From NCBI RefSeq assembly GCF_000148385.1, contig NC_014537.1:2340001-2372000 (forward strand): 32,000 nucleotides of DNA, read 5' to 3'. Each line of letters starts with the position of its first letter. Position 1 is the first letter of the stretch. Shown here piece by piece: positions 16,704 through 25,493 of the stretch. Under the pieces are notes generated by a model. The model was given only the letters and a program-made list of their open reading frames with translations, had not been told where the DNA came from and made no database searches. The stretch is from Vulcanisaeta distributa DSM 14429 (lineage in GTDB: Archaea > Thermoproteota > Thermoprotei > Thermoproteales > Thermocladiaceae). The position numbers and the translations under genes are program-made.

Positions 16704-17585
16704 ATGAGGTTTGGGGGTGCCGTGGCTGAGGTCTTCATACCGCTTAATGCCAGTGGTGATGTTGATGAGGGTAGGGTTGGTGCAATGCTTGATTTCCTGC
16801 TAAGGCGCGGTGTTGAGGGTTTCTACGTTGGTGGGTTTGGCGCCGAGGCATTCGCCTTCACCACCGAGGAGAGGCTTGGTTTTCTGAGGATGGTTGTTGA
16901 TTACGTGCGTGATAAGGTTCCCGTGTCATTCCTCGTCTCTGAAATGAGTATTAAGAGGGCTGTTGAGGTCGTTAGGGAGGTTAGTAAGGTTGGTGTTGAT
17001 GTCCTGACAATACCGCAACCATACCCACAGCAATTCGGTGAGAGGGGTATCCTGGACTACGTGTGTACGTTGTCCAGGGAGTTCAGTGGCGACGTCATGC
17101 TTTACAACGAGCCTGCCGTTGGAAATCCACTGAGCCCGTCAATGGTCATTAAGATCCTCGATAAGTGCTCAAACATTAAGTATCTTAAGGATAGCTCCCA
17201 CGACATGATTGGCCTACACACAATACTATCGGCACACCCCGAGTTGAGGGTTATGGCTGGCAGTGATGGTTTGATCTATGACATCATGCTTGCCGGGGGC
17301 GTGGGCATCGTGTCCCTAGTGATAAATCCATTCCCTGAGTTAATTGTTAGGATCGTCAATGAGTTGAGGAATGGTAATTACGCAGAGGCTAGGAGACTGC
17401 AGGAATTCATAGTGAGGGTTAGGGGGGTGCTTAAGGCCGGTGGCTTGAGTGGTGGTTATAGATATGCAATGTCCCTTGTTGGTATGGACATTGGTAAGCC
17501 GAGGCCTCCCTACGAGGACCCAGACGAGAGGACTAAGGAATTCATTAGAAGTTCATTAATTTCACTCGGCCTCATTAAGCAATAA
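16704..17585 (+). CDS. DHDPS/N-acetylneuraminate-lyase family class I aldolase (DapA-like; possibly a 2-keto-3-deoxy-sugar-acid aldolase)
   Basis: VEGFYVGGFGAEAFAFTTEER, VMLYNEPA and IKYLKDSSHD (candidate Schiff-base Lys) match the family layout. The TATA ttataat is centred 26 nt upstream. Confidence 0.7.
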   Translation: MRFGGAVAEVFIPLNASGDVDEGRVGAMLDFLLRRGVEGFYVGGFGAEAFAFTTEERLGFLRMVVDYVRDKVPVSFLVSEMSIKRAVEVVREVSKVGVDVLTIPQPYPQQFGERGILDYVCTLSREFSGDVMLYNEPAVGNPLSPSMVIKILDKCSNIKYLKDSSHDMIGLHTILSAHPELRVMAGSDGLIYDIMLAGGVGIVSLVINPFPELIVRIVNELRNGNYAEARRLQEFIVRVRGVLKAGGLSGGYRYAMSLVGMDIGKPRPPYEDPDERTKEFIRSSLISLGLIKQ

Positions 17586-17586
17586 A

Positions 17587-19470
17587 TTAGTGGGTTAGTC
17601 CAAGGCCCGCGTCAAGCGTTTCCTTAAACCTCCTCCACCAATTAATGTAGTCCTCGTAATCCTCAAACCTCCACTCCCTAGAACCAACCTCCCTAGCCAT
17701 TGTTGAGACCACGTCCCTAGCCCTCTCACCCTCCCACGGTTTGGGCTCTGCGTTAGCCTTCCTGGAGTACTCAACGATCTCCCTATAGATGTCCTTATTG
17801 GGCGGCATACCCGTTACCTCAAGGTATAGCTTATCAAGGACGGGCTCGGCCCACCCCCTATGGAATCTACAAAGCCCTGCATCATCAATTAATGCCTCGG
17901 CAATGGCCCTACTAAGCGATGACTTTGCGAAGTCCTCGGGACCCATGAATGTTGGTGTGTAATTTGTCCAGTACCTGCCGAGTACGTACATTGGGGCAAC
18001 CATGCCGGGGGCCCAGTATAGGTTTGGCGTCATGTAGCCATCATTCCCATAGACTACGTAAACCACCAAGTCCTTAAAGGACTTACCAACCCTTAAGACC
18101 CTGTCATGAAACATCTCATCAAGCTTCCTCGCGGCGACCCTAATCCCATTCTCAGCAATTATCCTAAGCACCTCACTGGACTTCTCAACGAAGCCCTTAA
18201 TAACCTCCCTAGCCAGCCTCGCATTCCTCCCTGAGTCAACCTCTGGGTTAAACCTCATTGGATCAAACACGGGCTTATCACTAAGTCCAGCCTCCTCAGG
18301 CCTCAGCAATCCATGTTCAATTGAATCAAAGACCCAGGCAACCACATGCCCCATCTCGATTGCGTCAAGGCCGTACTGATCAATTAAATCAACGAGTGGC
18401 ACAGCCTCCTCAAATACGTAATTACCGATGAATGGGCCCATGGCGTGGAACGGCTCATAATCCACCTTCTTACCGCGCCAAACCTTCTTACAAACAACTG
18501 AGCAACCGAAGTCACCACAGTTATACCAGCTCTTACTCTTAACAAAGACCTCGTCATTAAAGGGCTTCCAGAAAAGCCTCAGTATTGCCTCCACGTGTTG
18601 AATCCTCACCTCCCTGGGCAGGTATATGGATTTATAGCCAAAGAGCGGCAGCAACTCGCGGTAATGCGGGTAGTTAACGCCGAAGGTACCTCCAGTACCC
18701 ATGCTCGGGTCAAACCTATACTTAATGGTCTTCTCATCCATAACCTGCCTAAAGGGCTTCTTGAAGGACTCAATCATTACCTTATTAATGAACTCCATGT
18801 CATTGACCCTGGCGTACCTCGCCTTATACGTACCGCCAGCCACGATACCAACCACGTTGTGGCCCATGGCAAGGGCTGTGCCAGGACCACCCCTGGCGGC
18901 GAAGTCCTCAGCGCCAGGCCTAAACTCACCCTTCACCGGGTTAACATCGATAGACACCAACGCGCCATTATACGTGCTCAGTGCGGCAGGCCCCACAACC
19001 ACGGCCCTGGCATTATACTTAACGAAGAAGTCCCTATATGTGTCTAGTAGGTACTTCGTGAAGGCGTAGGCGCCGTGGTAATTACTGTAATCAAAGACTG
19101 GGTCGATAGTCTTCAATTCAACACCATCACTCGACAGGAAGATCACCGTCGGTCTTCTCGCCCTGCCCGTTATCACCACCGCGTCTATGCCCGCCCCCAT
19201 GAACTTATACGCTGCGCCGCCCAGGGCAGCCACGTGAAGTGTCCTCGTCATTGGGCTCTTAAATACCGCTATTAATCTGTGGAAGCCCGGCATTCTACCG
19301 CCAACGAATGGGCCCATACCAATTACAAACGGCACGCTTGGGTCAAGTGGGTCCAGGCTCCAGGTCCTTGCCTCATTATGTATCCTAACGCCCAGCGTCA
19401 CTGGTCCTTGCGCAGCTACATCCTCAACCCTCCAGGAATTCGCATTAAGGTCCACTTTAAGTATCTTCAC
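17587..19470 (-). CDS. Aldehyde:ferredoxin oxidoreductase family (tungstopterin) enzyme
   Basis: 627 aa. N-terminal MKILKVDLNANSWRVEDV..., a Cys cluster WYNCGDFGCSVVCKK, and DAGLCRF near the C-terminus. Size and layout are typical of AOR-family proteins. Subfamily not assignable. Confidence 0.8.
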   Translation of the reverse strand: MKILKVDLNANSWRVEDVAAQGPVTLGVRIHNEARTWSLDPLDPSVPFVIGMGPFVGGRMPGFHRLIAVFKSPMTRTLHVAALGGAAYKFMGAGIDAVVITGRARRPTVIFLSSDGVELKTIDPVFDYSNYHGAYAFTKYLLDTYRDFFVKYNARAVVVGPAALSTYNGALVSIDVNPVKGEFRPGAEDFAARGGPGTALAMGHNVVGIVAGGTYKARYARVNDMEFINKVMIESFKKPFRQVMDEKTIKYRFDPSMGTGGTFGVNYPHYRELLPLFGYKSIYLPREVRIQHVEAILRLFWKPFNDEVFVKSKSWYNCGDFGCSVVCKKVWRGKKVDYEPFHAMGPFIGNYVFEEAVPLVDLIDQYGLDAIEMGHVVAWVFDSIEHGLLRPEEAGLSDKPVFDPMRFNPEVDSGRNARLAREVIKGFVEKSSEVLRIIAENGIRVAARKLDEMFHDRVLRVGKSFKDLVVYVVYGNDGYMTPNLYWAPGMVAPMYVLGRYWTNYTPTFMGPEDFAKSSLSRAIAEALIDDAGLCRFHRGWAEPVLDKLYLEVTGMPPNKDIYREIVEYSRKANAEPKPWEGERARDVVSTMAREVGSREWRFEDYEDYINWWRRFKETLDAGLGLTH

Positions 19471-19601
19471 GCGTATTTCGTCTCCAAACCCAATAATAGG
19501 CTTTCTTGAGTAATCTGTGAATAGGTAATACCTACTTAGTATGGGTATTCAGAGAAATACTTATTAACCCATTACACCCAGTTATACTCAGTAGACCTAG
19601 C

Positions 19602-19988
19602 ATGAGGATCAAGGAATTGATTAGGGACGGTGTCATATCCTGCAGATCCACCGACCCAATAACCTGTGCTGTCGCGAAAATGTACATGCATAATGTTGGT
19701 AGTGTCCTCGTAATTGATGAGGATGAGAAGCCCGTTGGAATATTTACCGAGAGGGACTTGGTCAGGATTGTGGCTGAGGGTATTAGTCTTGACACGCCAT
19801 TAATGAAGGTTATGAGCAGGAAACTAATAACTGCGAACACCTCTGAATCTGTGATTTCAGCTGCAATGAAGATGATTGAGAACAACATAAGGCATTTACC
19901 GGTTGTTGAGGAGGGTAGGGCAGTCGGTATGGTGAGCATTAGGGACTTAGTAAGGGCATTAATGGCACAGGAACTATCCTATCCATGA
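19602..19988 (+). CDS. CBS-domain pair protein
   Basis: 128 aa with two CBS-like units (...NVGSVLVIDEDEKPVGIFTERDLVR... and ...NIRHLPVVEEGRAVGMVSIRDLVR...). Confidence 0.85.
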   Translation: MRIKELIRDGVISCRSTDPITCAVAKMYMHNVGSVLVIDEDEKPVGIFTERDLVRIVAEGISLDTPLMKVMSRKLITANTSESVISAAMKMIENNIRHLPVVEEGRAVGMVSIRDLVRALMAQELSYP

Positions 19989-20119
19989 ATTAAATCCTAA
20001 ACCGAATAATAAAATAACTCCATTGAGGTTAACAATGATTCATCACATTCAGGATGGGGTTAATGTTAAGGAAAAGGCATGATAATTTTAAGGAAGGGAG
20101 TTAAACGCAACGCACTGCA

Positions 20120-20305
20120 TTACGCAGCCTTATACTTCCCATCAGTCTTTACTACCTTACCATCCTTTATCAGTCTCGTGAGCTGAGCCTTAACCACGTT
20201 AATCCTCTCCTCACCAACTGCCTTGGCGATCTCCTCAGCGGTGAATTCCTTACCCTTGTTGCTCGTGAGGTAATCAAGTATCTTCTTCTTTATTCCCTCG
20301 ACCAT
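20120..20305 (-). CDS. Small (61 aa) lysine-rich winged-helix DNA-binding protein
   Basis: KKKILDYLTSNKGKEFTAEEIAKAVGEERINVVKAQLTRLIKDGKVVKTDGKYK reads as H1-H2-H3 plus a beta wing. The TATA ttataaa at 20331-20337 is centred 26-29 nt upstream of the ATG. Flanked by long A/T-rich noncoding DNA. Confidence 0.55.
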   Translation of the reverse strand: MVEGIKKKILDYLTSNKGKEFTAEEIAKAVGEERINVVKAQLTRLIKDGKVVKTDGKYKAA

Positions 20306-20591
20306 ACAATGTAAATACTACTTCTTTAGGTTATAAAGGTATTGCCTTTATGTTTGTGAAGTATCAACCGTAATTTGCCAGGGCAATTAATGATATAATT
20401 AAATACACGAGCATTACTAATTCCTGACTTATTCCCTGAGCAGCATCCTTAGTTCTCCATAATTTCAGCACCTAATTTATTGCCAATTTTAAGAAAATTA
20501 ACATTATTACTCACCTGTAGAAAGAGTTTCCAATTCTTAAATTACCATAGGCAACAACCTATTATATTAGTTCCCACATTACCCCTTAGTA

Positions 20592-21608
20592 ATGAGTAGG
20601 TTTAGGGCATATTATGATGATGGAATTGTGATTGAATATGAAAATAACCGTTTCATAATCGACCCATTAAGGAAGCCCAGCAGGCCCTTCAGCGCCGTAT
20701 TAATAACCCATGGGCATAGGGATCACGTAAACCCAAGGGCTCTTCGTAACGTCTCACCCATAATAATGAGTGGTGAGACCGTCGCCATAATTAGGGCGCG
20801 TGATGGTGATTATCTTAGGCATATCGCGGTTAGTCCAGGGTCTAGGCTCATTATTAATGATGTATTGATTGAATCCTTTAACGCCGGTCATGTTGTTGGT
20901 AGTCTATCCTACGTACTTGACTTTGGTGATCTGAGGGTTGGTGTTACGGGGGACTTTAATGTGGAATCATCAATACTGCTTGATGGCGCCAAGGGGCTTA
21001 ATGTTGATGTGTTGATAATGGAGGCAACGTATGGTGACCCAGACTACGTATTTCCAAGTAGGCATGAGATTTATAATGAGTTAATGGCTATCGCTGAGGA
21101 TGGCATTAGGGATGGCATTACAGTATTCATGGGTCAACCGCTTGGTCGTGGCCAAGAACTCACGGCATTGCTTAAGGATTACCCAATCTATGTGGAGCCC
21201 AGTATTAAGGTGATTAACAATGCCCTGGGCCTGAGACATGGTGCCGTGGCTAGTGGCCTACCGCCTGCTGGTTCCGTACTTATCACGGGTGTTCCTAGGG
21301 ATATTACGCAATTCATTAAGATCCTAAGGAGTAAGTATGGGAGTGTTAGGATTACCGCATTAAGTGGTATGTATGCTAAGCAGTCAAGGGTCGCCCGATT
21401 AAAGCAGCTTGGCGTGGATGCGATACCACTTAGTAGTCATGCGGACTTCCCAGGGCTAGTGGACTTCGTACTTAGTAGCGGGGCTGAGTTCGTGTATACT
21501 GTTTATGGAAATGCCGCAAAGTTCGCGAAGTACCTGAGGAATGAGTTAAATATCATGGCTAGACCACTGCCTAGTCATAGCCAGTTAACCATGGATTACT
21601 TCCTATGA
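20592..21608 (+). CDS. Metallo-beta-lactamase-fold hydrolase, beta-CASP-like
   Basis: VLITHGHRDHV (HxHxDH), GVTGDF, and C-terminal PLSSHADFPGL resembling beta-CASP motif C. At 338 aa it is short for the CPSF/RNase J type. Confidence 0.65.
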   Translation: MSRFRAYYDDGIVIEYENNRFIIDPLRKPSRPFSAVLITHGHRDHVNPRALRNVSPIIMSGETVAIIRARDGDYLRHIAVSPGSRLIINDVLIESFNAGHVVGSLSYVLDFGDLRVGVTGDFNVESSILLDGAKGLNVDVLIMEATYGDPDYVFPSRHEIYNELMAIAEDGIRDGITVFMGQPLGRGQELTALLKDYPIYVEPSIKVINNALGLRHGAVASGLPPAGSVLITGVPRDITQFIKILRSKYGSVRITALSGMYAKQSRVARLKQLGVDAIPLSSHADFPGLVDFVLSSGAEFVYTVYGNAAKFAKYLRNELNIMARPLPSHSQLTMDYFL

Positions 21609-21648
21609 CATTATAATGCTTAAATTAATGAATAGTACATACACATTA

Positions 21649-22455
21649 ATGAGGTCCATAATAACGTTACTCACGGATTTCGGCTATGAATCCTACTTCG
21701 TACCATCAATGAAGGGCGTAATACTCAGCCTAAACCCCAATGCCGTAATAATCGACATAACCCACGCAATACCTCAATTCAATGTGTATAAGGCGGCCTT
21801 CACGCTGTGGGCTTCATATAAGTACTTCCCCAGGGGCACGATTCATGTGGTTGTTGTTGATCCGGGGGTTGGTACGTTAAGGAGGGCCATAGCCGTTAAA
21901 ACGAGGAATTACTACTTCGTCGGGCCTGACAATGGCGTGTTAATGATGGCTGCGGAGGATGACGGTATAGTCGAGATCAGGGCAATCGAGAATAGGGAGT
22001 TCATGAGACCTGTGGTATCGAGTACGTTCCACGGTCGCGACGTGTTCGCTCCCGTAGCCGCGTATTTAAGCCTTGGACTTGACATATCACTACTGGGGCC
22101 TAGGGTTACGGACCCCGTCAGGCTTCAGGGCATTACGAGTAGGGTTTCCAGGGGCTTTGCTAATTCAGCCATTGTTTACATTGATCACTTCGGTAATGCG
22201 TACACGGGCATTAGGGAGGGTGAGCTTAAGATTCTTGGTCTTGAGTATGGAGATGAGCTGCGCGTTGTGATACCGAGGAGGAATGTTGACCTGAGGGTTA
22301 GGTTCCTAAGGAGTTATGGTTATGCCAATGAGGGTGAGGCATTGGCGCTCATTAATAGTGAGGGCTTCCTCGAACTATCAATAAATAGGGGCAGTTTTGC
22401 GCAGAGGTTTGGTGTTGAGGAGGGCGATGAGGTCGAGATCTCCGTCATTAAATGA
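21649..22455 (+). CDS. SAM hydrolase / SAM hydroxide adenosyltransferase family (DUF62; fluorinase/chlorinase homologue)
   Basis: ITLLTDFG...PSMKGVI...IIDITHAIP...HVVVVDPGVGT.RRAIAV...YFVGPDNGVL...FHGRDVFAP is the DUF62 signature. ATG 21649 was chosen on TATA spacing (ttaaatta, 21619-21626). Confidence 0.8.
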   Translation: MRSIITLLTDFGYESYFVPSMKGVILSLNPNAVIIDITHAIPQFNVYKAAFTLWASYKYFPRGTIHVVVVDPGVGTLRRAIAVKTRNYYFVGPDNGVLMMAAEDDGIVEIRAIENREFMRPVVSSTFHGRDVFAPVAAYLSLGLDISLLGPRVTDPVRLQGITSRVSRGFANSAIVYIDHFGNAYTGIREGELKILGLEYGDELRVVIPRRNVDLRVRFLRSYGYANEGEALALINSEGFLELSINRGSFAQRFGVEEGDEVEISVIK

Positions 22456-22999
22456 GCATATTACTTGATGCGTAATTAAGGAGTTCCCTGAAGTTCTTTG
22501 TTAGTGTCGCATCATCAACTATGTATTGCCTAGGCACCTTACCATTAACTACCTTAACGCCCTCCATCTCCAATAACTTGAATTTAACATTAACATCACC
22601 TGCCGAGTAGCCGCCCAATGAACCATCGCTCTTAATAACTCTATGGCATGGGACGATCACGGGAAGCCTATTGGCGCTGGCTAGTTTACCAACGGCCCTG
22701 GGGCTGGTATTCAGTAACTTGGCTAATTGGGCGTAGGTGGCGACTCTACCCCTTGGTATTGAGAGCATGGCCACCTGAGCCAATCCAAGGAGGCCTGGGC
22801 TCAGTTCTAAGTACTTAATTATCTCCCGTGGCTCCACCAACCCCATTATGTACTTGAGTAATACCTCGCTAACATGGCCTACGGTGCTTTCCCGAATTCC
22901 ATCAACCCCAACCCTAACCTTAACCTCCCGAATCTTATCACCATAAATACACACCTCCAGGGCGCCAACATCCTTAAGAAGCAATGTTATGCAACGCAT
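22448..22999 (-). CDS. ogt: Methylated-DNA--protein-cysteine methyltransferase
   Basis: IPRGRVATYAQLA...NRLPVIVPCHRVIKSDGSLGGY contains the PCHRV active site and an HTH. Its 3' end overlaps the convergent DUF62 gene by 8 nt. Confidence 0.85.
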   Translation of the reverse strand: MRCITLLLKDVGALEVCIYGDKIREVKVRVGVDGIRESTVGHVSEVLLKYIMGLVEPREIIKYLELSPGLLGLAQVAMLSIPRGRVATYAQLAKLLNTSPRAVGKLASANRLPVIVPCHRVIKSDGSLGGYSAGDVNVKFKLLEMEGVKVVNGKVPRQYIVDDATLTKNFRELLNYASSNMLI

Positions 23000-23051
23000 T
23001 TTAATTTCAATTATTTAGGAGACCTTAAAAACCCTGTTCTGAGATGCGGCT

Positions 23052-23333
23052 GTGGTTGTTAAGGTTAAGTTGGTTGGTGTTTTGAGGGCATTATCCCTAG
23101 GTAAGGAATACATAGAGCTTAATGGCGTTACTACGGTGAGGGAGGTCATTAATGGGCTTAGGTCAGTAAATGAGAAGTTATTTAAGAGGGTTTTTGACTC
23201 ATCGAGAGGTGAGTTGGCGCCTGATATCTATGTAGCCGTTAATGATGTTGACATAAGATTGCTCAAGGGGCTCGATACACCAGTTAGGGACGGCGATGAA
23301 GTTTTAATATTGGCCTACATCCACGGTGGTTAG
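23052..23333 (+). CDS. MoaD/ThiS-family ubiquitin-fold protein with C-terminal diglycine (SAMP/Urm1-like)
   Basis: 93 aa ending ...DGDEVLILAYIHGG-stop, with beta-grasp-like spacing. GTG start with cttaaaaa centred ~26 nt upstream. Confidence 0.75.
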   Translation: MVVKVKLVGVLRALSLGKEYIELNGVTTVREVINGLRSVNEKLFKRVFDSSRGELAPDIYVAVNDVDIRLLKGLDTPVRDGDEVLILAYIHGG

Positions 23334-23338
23334 CGGTA

Positions 23339-23860
23339 ATGAGTTACTTAATTAGGTTGAGTAGTGATATTGGTGAATTGAGGATTTGGGTTGCCACGGT
23401 AATACTAACGAGACCCATTAACGATGAGATAGTAAGTAGGATTAAATCGATGGTGAGTGAATGCCCCAATTCGTTGATAACGATCGTGCCAGCCAATAAG
23501 GTGTTAAGTCCATGGCACATGATATATCCCGCATACCTAAGCCTCAGGGATTCCCTAAGGGGCTTTTCGAGGTTTAGGGATCCTGGTCTTGGGGCATTAA
23601 CCTACATGGTCGGCACAACACAGTTAAAGAGGGGGTTAAGCATTATGAATCCTGTTGGTAATGCTCAATTATCAATCATCATAATGGGCGTGAATGACTG
23701 CGTGCGTGAGTTAGTGAGTAAGGTGGTTGATGTACTTAGGGATTCCATTGAGGATTTAGTGATCGGTGTTGGTTGTCATAAGGCTTACGATGGGCTGTTT
23801 AAGTCCATTGATGACTTTATGACTGCGTTAATTAGTAGGTACATTAGTGAGTTCACGTGA
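23339..23860 (+). CDS. Hypothetical protein, weakly Cgi121-like (KEOPS subunit?)
   Basis: Starts 5 nt after the Ubl stop, so it is probably co-transcribed. The segment ANKVLSPWHMIYPAYLSL...GALTYMVGTTQLKRGLSIMN loosely resembles the Cgi121 H...A...EILxxxSGxRQIxxAI block recalled from memory. This is a low-certainty call. Confidence 0.35.
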   Translation: MSYLIRLSSDIGELRIWVATVILTRPINDEIVSRIKSMVSECPNSLITIVPANKVLSPWHMIYPAYLSLRDSLRGFSRFRDPGLGALTYMVGTTQLKRGLSIMNPVGNAQLSIIIMGVNDCVRELVSKVVDVLRDSIEDLVIGVGCHKAYDGLFKSIDDFMTALISRYISEFT

Positions 23861-23915
23861 TTGCGGCAATTCTTGCAGTTAATAATTTATAATTCCGGCG
23901 GGGTTCAGGGAGTTA

Positions 23916-25121
23916 ATGGATAGGTTATTCTATACCGCGAGGGATGAGGAGATAATTAATGGTGAGGCCACGGACATTTACTTCATGAGGATCGTTGAGG
24001 TTCTTAAGGCGGCGGGCCTTGATAAGGTTAAGGTTAGGGCTGAGTTTCACGTGGTTAACCTACCGAGGAATTACAAGTGGGCTGTGTTTGCCGGTTTAAA
24101 GGAGGTCGTCAATATCGCAGTGACTAAGGAGTTGCCAATAACCATATACGCAATGCCTGAGGGCACGTTGTTCAAGGCTAATGAGCCTATAATGGTTGTT
24201 GAGGGTAATTACGTGGACTTCGCCGTCTATGAAACAACATTCCTGGGGATACTTAGGCATTATAGTTCAGTGGCCAGTAAGGCTGCTAGGATTAAGAAGT
24301 TGGCTGGTAATAAGTCATGCATATTCTTCGGCGCCAGGGTTGTGCACCCAGCAATACAGCCAATGGTTGATAGGGCATCCTACATAGGTGGTTGTGACGG
24401 TGTCGCAGGTGTGATAGGGGCTAGGTTAATAGGCATTAGGCCAAGTGGTACAATGCCCCATGCATTAATGATCGTGTTTAGGCACGCGAGTGGTGACCAC
24501 ACGCTCGCCTGGGCCTGGTTTGATAAGGTAATGCCCAGTGACGTGCCGAGGATTGTGCTCGTGGATACGTTCTTTGATGAGCGCGAGGAATCTATGATGG
24601 CCGCCAAATTACTTGGGGATAGGCTATACGGCGTTAGGTTAGATACACCAAGCAGTAGGCGTGGCAATATGGAGGCCATTGCCCGTGAGGTTAGGTGGAC
24701 CCTGGACCTGGCCGGTTATAGGAATGTGAAGATTCTCATTAGTGGTGGTGTTGATGAGGATGATGTGGTTAGGCTCAGGGATGTTGCCGACATGTTTGGC
24801 GTTGGTACATCGATAGCCTTCCCACCTAGTGTTGACATCAGTATGGACATTGTGGAGGCTTATGACGAGAAGAGTGGGCGTTGGGTGCCGATAACGAAGC
24901 GCGGCAAGCTACCTGGCTTTAAGCAGGTCTATAGGTGCAGGGGTACTTTAGATGACCAGGTGGTTCCGTGGGGCGTGGAACCGGCGCCATGCCCAGACGG
25001 CTCTAAGCCCGTGCCTTTACTCAGGAAGTTTGTTGATAATGGGAGAGCCGTCGAGTCAATACCCAGCGATCAGGAGATTAGGAATTACGTACTTGAGCAG
25101 TTAAAGTATGCCGAGATCTAG
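23916..25121 (+). CDS. Nicotinate phosphoribosyltransferase (archaeal ~400-aa type)
   Basis: ATDIYFMR N-terminal block, GTMPHALM, GVRLDTPSSRRG and MFGVGTS blocks of type II PRTases. The TATA atttataa is centred ~26 nt upstream. Confidence 0.8.
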   Translation: MDRLFYTARDEEIINGEATDIYFMRIVEVLKAAGLDKVKVRAEFHVVNLPRNYKWAVFAGLKEVVNIAVTKELPITIYAMPEGTLFKANEPIMVVEGNYVDFAVYETTFLGILRHYSSVASKAARIKKLAGNKSCIFFGARVVHPAIQPMVDRASYIGGCDGVAGVIGARLIGIRPSGTMPHALMIVFRHASGDHTLAWAWFDKVMPSDVPRIVLVDTFFDEREESMMAAKLLGDRLYGVRLDTPSSRRGNMEAIAREVRWTLDLAGYRNVKILISGGVDEDDVVRLRDVADMFGVGTSIAFPPSVDISMDIVEAYDEKSGRWVPITKRGKLPGFKQVYRCRGTLDDQVVPWGVEPAPCPDGSKPVPLLRKFVDNGRAVESIPSDQEIRNYVLEQLKYAEI

Positions 25122-25234
25122 TTGTTGGCATGTATTTAAGAATTGAAAATAAGTAATGATGCGGGGAATAACGAGGTAATTAATGTGTTAAAGAAAGGGT
25201 TATTTTCTATTTTTAAGGAAAATCATTATTAAGC

Positions 25235-25312
25235 TTACAATTCCTCCTCCCACTCCTCCTCAAATTCCTCCCACTCTTCCTCCTCCTCACCTTCCCACTC
25301 CTCCTCTTCCAT
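25235..25312 (-). CDS. Speculative 25-codon hyper-acidic micro-ORF (MEEEEWEGEEEEEWEEFEEEWEEEL)
   Basis: ATG...TAA read directly on the minus strand of a ~75-nt polypyrimidine (plus-strand) tract. It carries a three-fold CCCACTC(C/T)TCCTC repeat, and an A/T-rich palindromic stretch lies 35-50 nt upstream. It could equally be non-coding low complexity. Confidence 0.2.
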   Translation of the reverse strand: MEEEEWEGEEEEEWEEFEEEWEEEL

Positions 25313-25467
25313 GACTAGTTTGTTCATGCTCGATCATTGATGACTTAAAAGAATTCTTAAAAAGCATTACCTACCTGCTTAACCCATTATTCATTATCCT
25401 CACCTATATTGCCATGCCCATAACCAACCCGCCCCAATCCCTAGCACTTTTCGTGAGGTAGGTGTGG

Positions 25468-25476
25468 TTTATAAAT
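25468..25476 (+). promoter_or_regulatory. TATA-like box (tttataaat) for the THUMP gene
   Basis: Centred ~22 nt upstream of GTG 25494. Confidence 0.35.
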
Positions 25477-25493
25477 GGTTAAGGTAATGAATA

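Noticed and set aside
18595-19509. Several plus-strand ORFs (150, 122, 66 and 76 aa) opposite the AOR gene
   Set aside because: They are shadow ORFs inside a 627-aa gene with a clear family signature. Their composition is Arg/Pro/His-rich and typical of antisense frames.
19989-20119. C/D-box-like motifs (CTGAatgTGATGA on the minus strand)
   Set aside because: Only a central D'/C'-like pair is present. No properly spaced terminal C and D boxes were found.
21616-21648. Track start (ATG 21616) for the DUF62 gene
   Set aside because: The conserved family sequence begins at ...IITLLTDFG. The TATA-like box at 21619-21626 lies inside the extension and fits ATG 21649.
25160-25200. AATGATGC box resembling a C box downstream of the NAPRTase gene
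   Set aside because: No CUGA D box follows at an appropriate distance.
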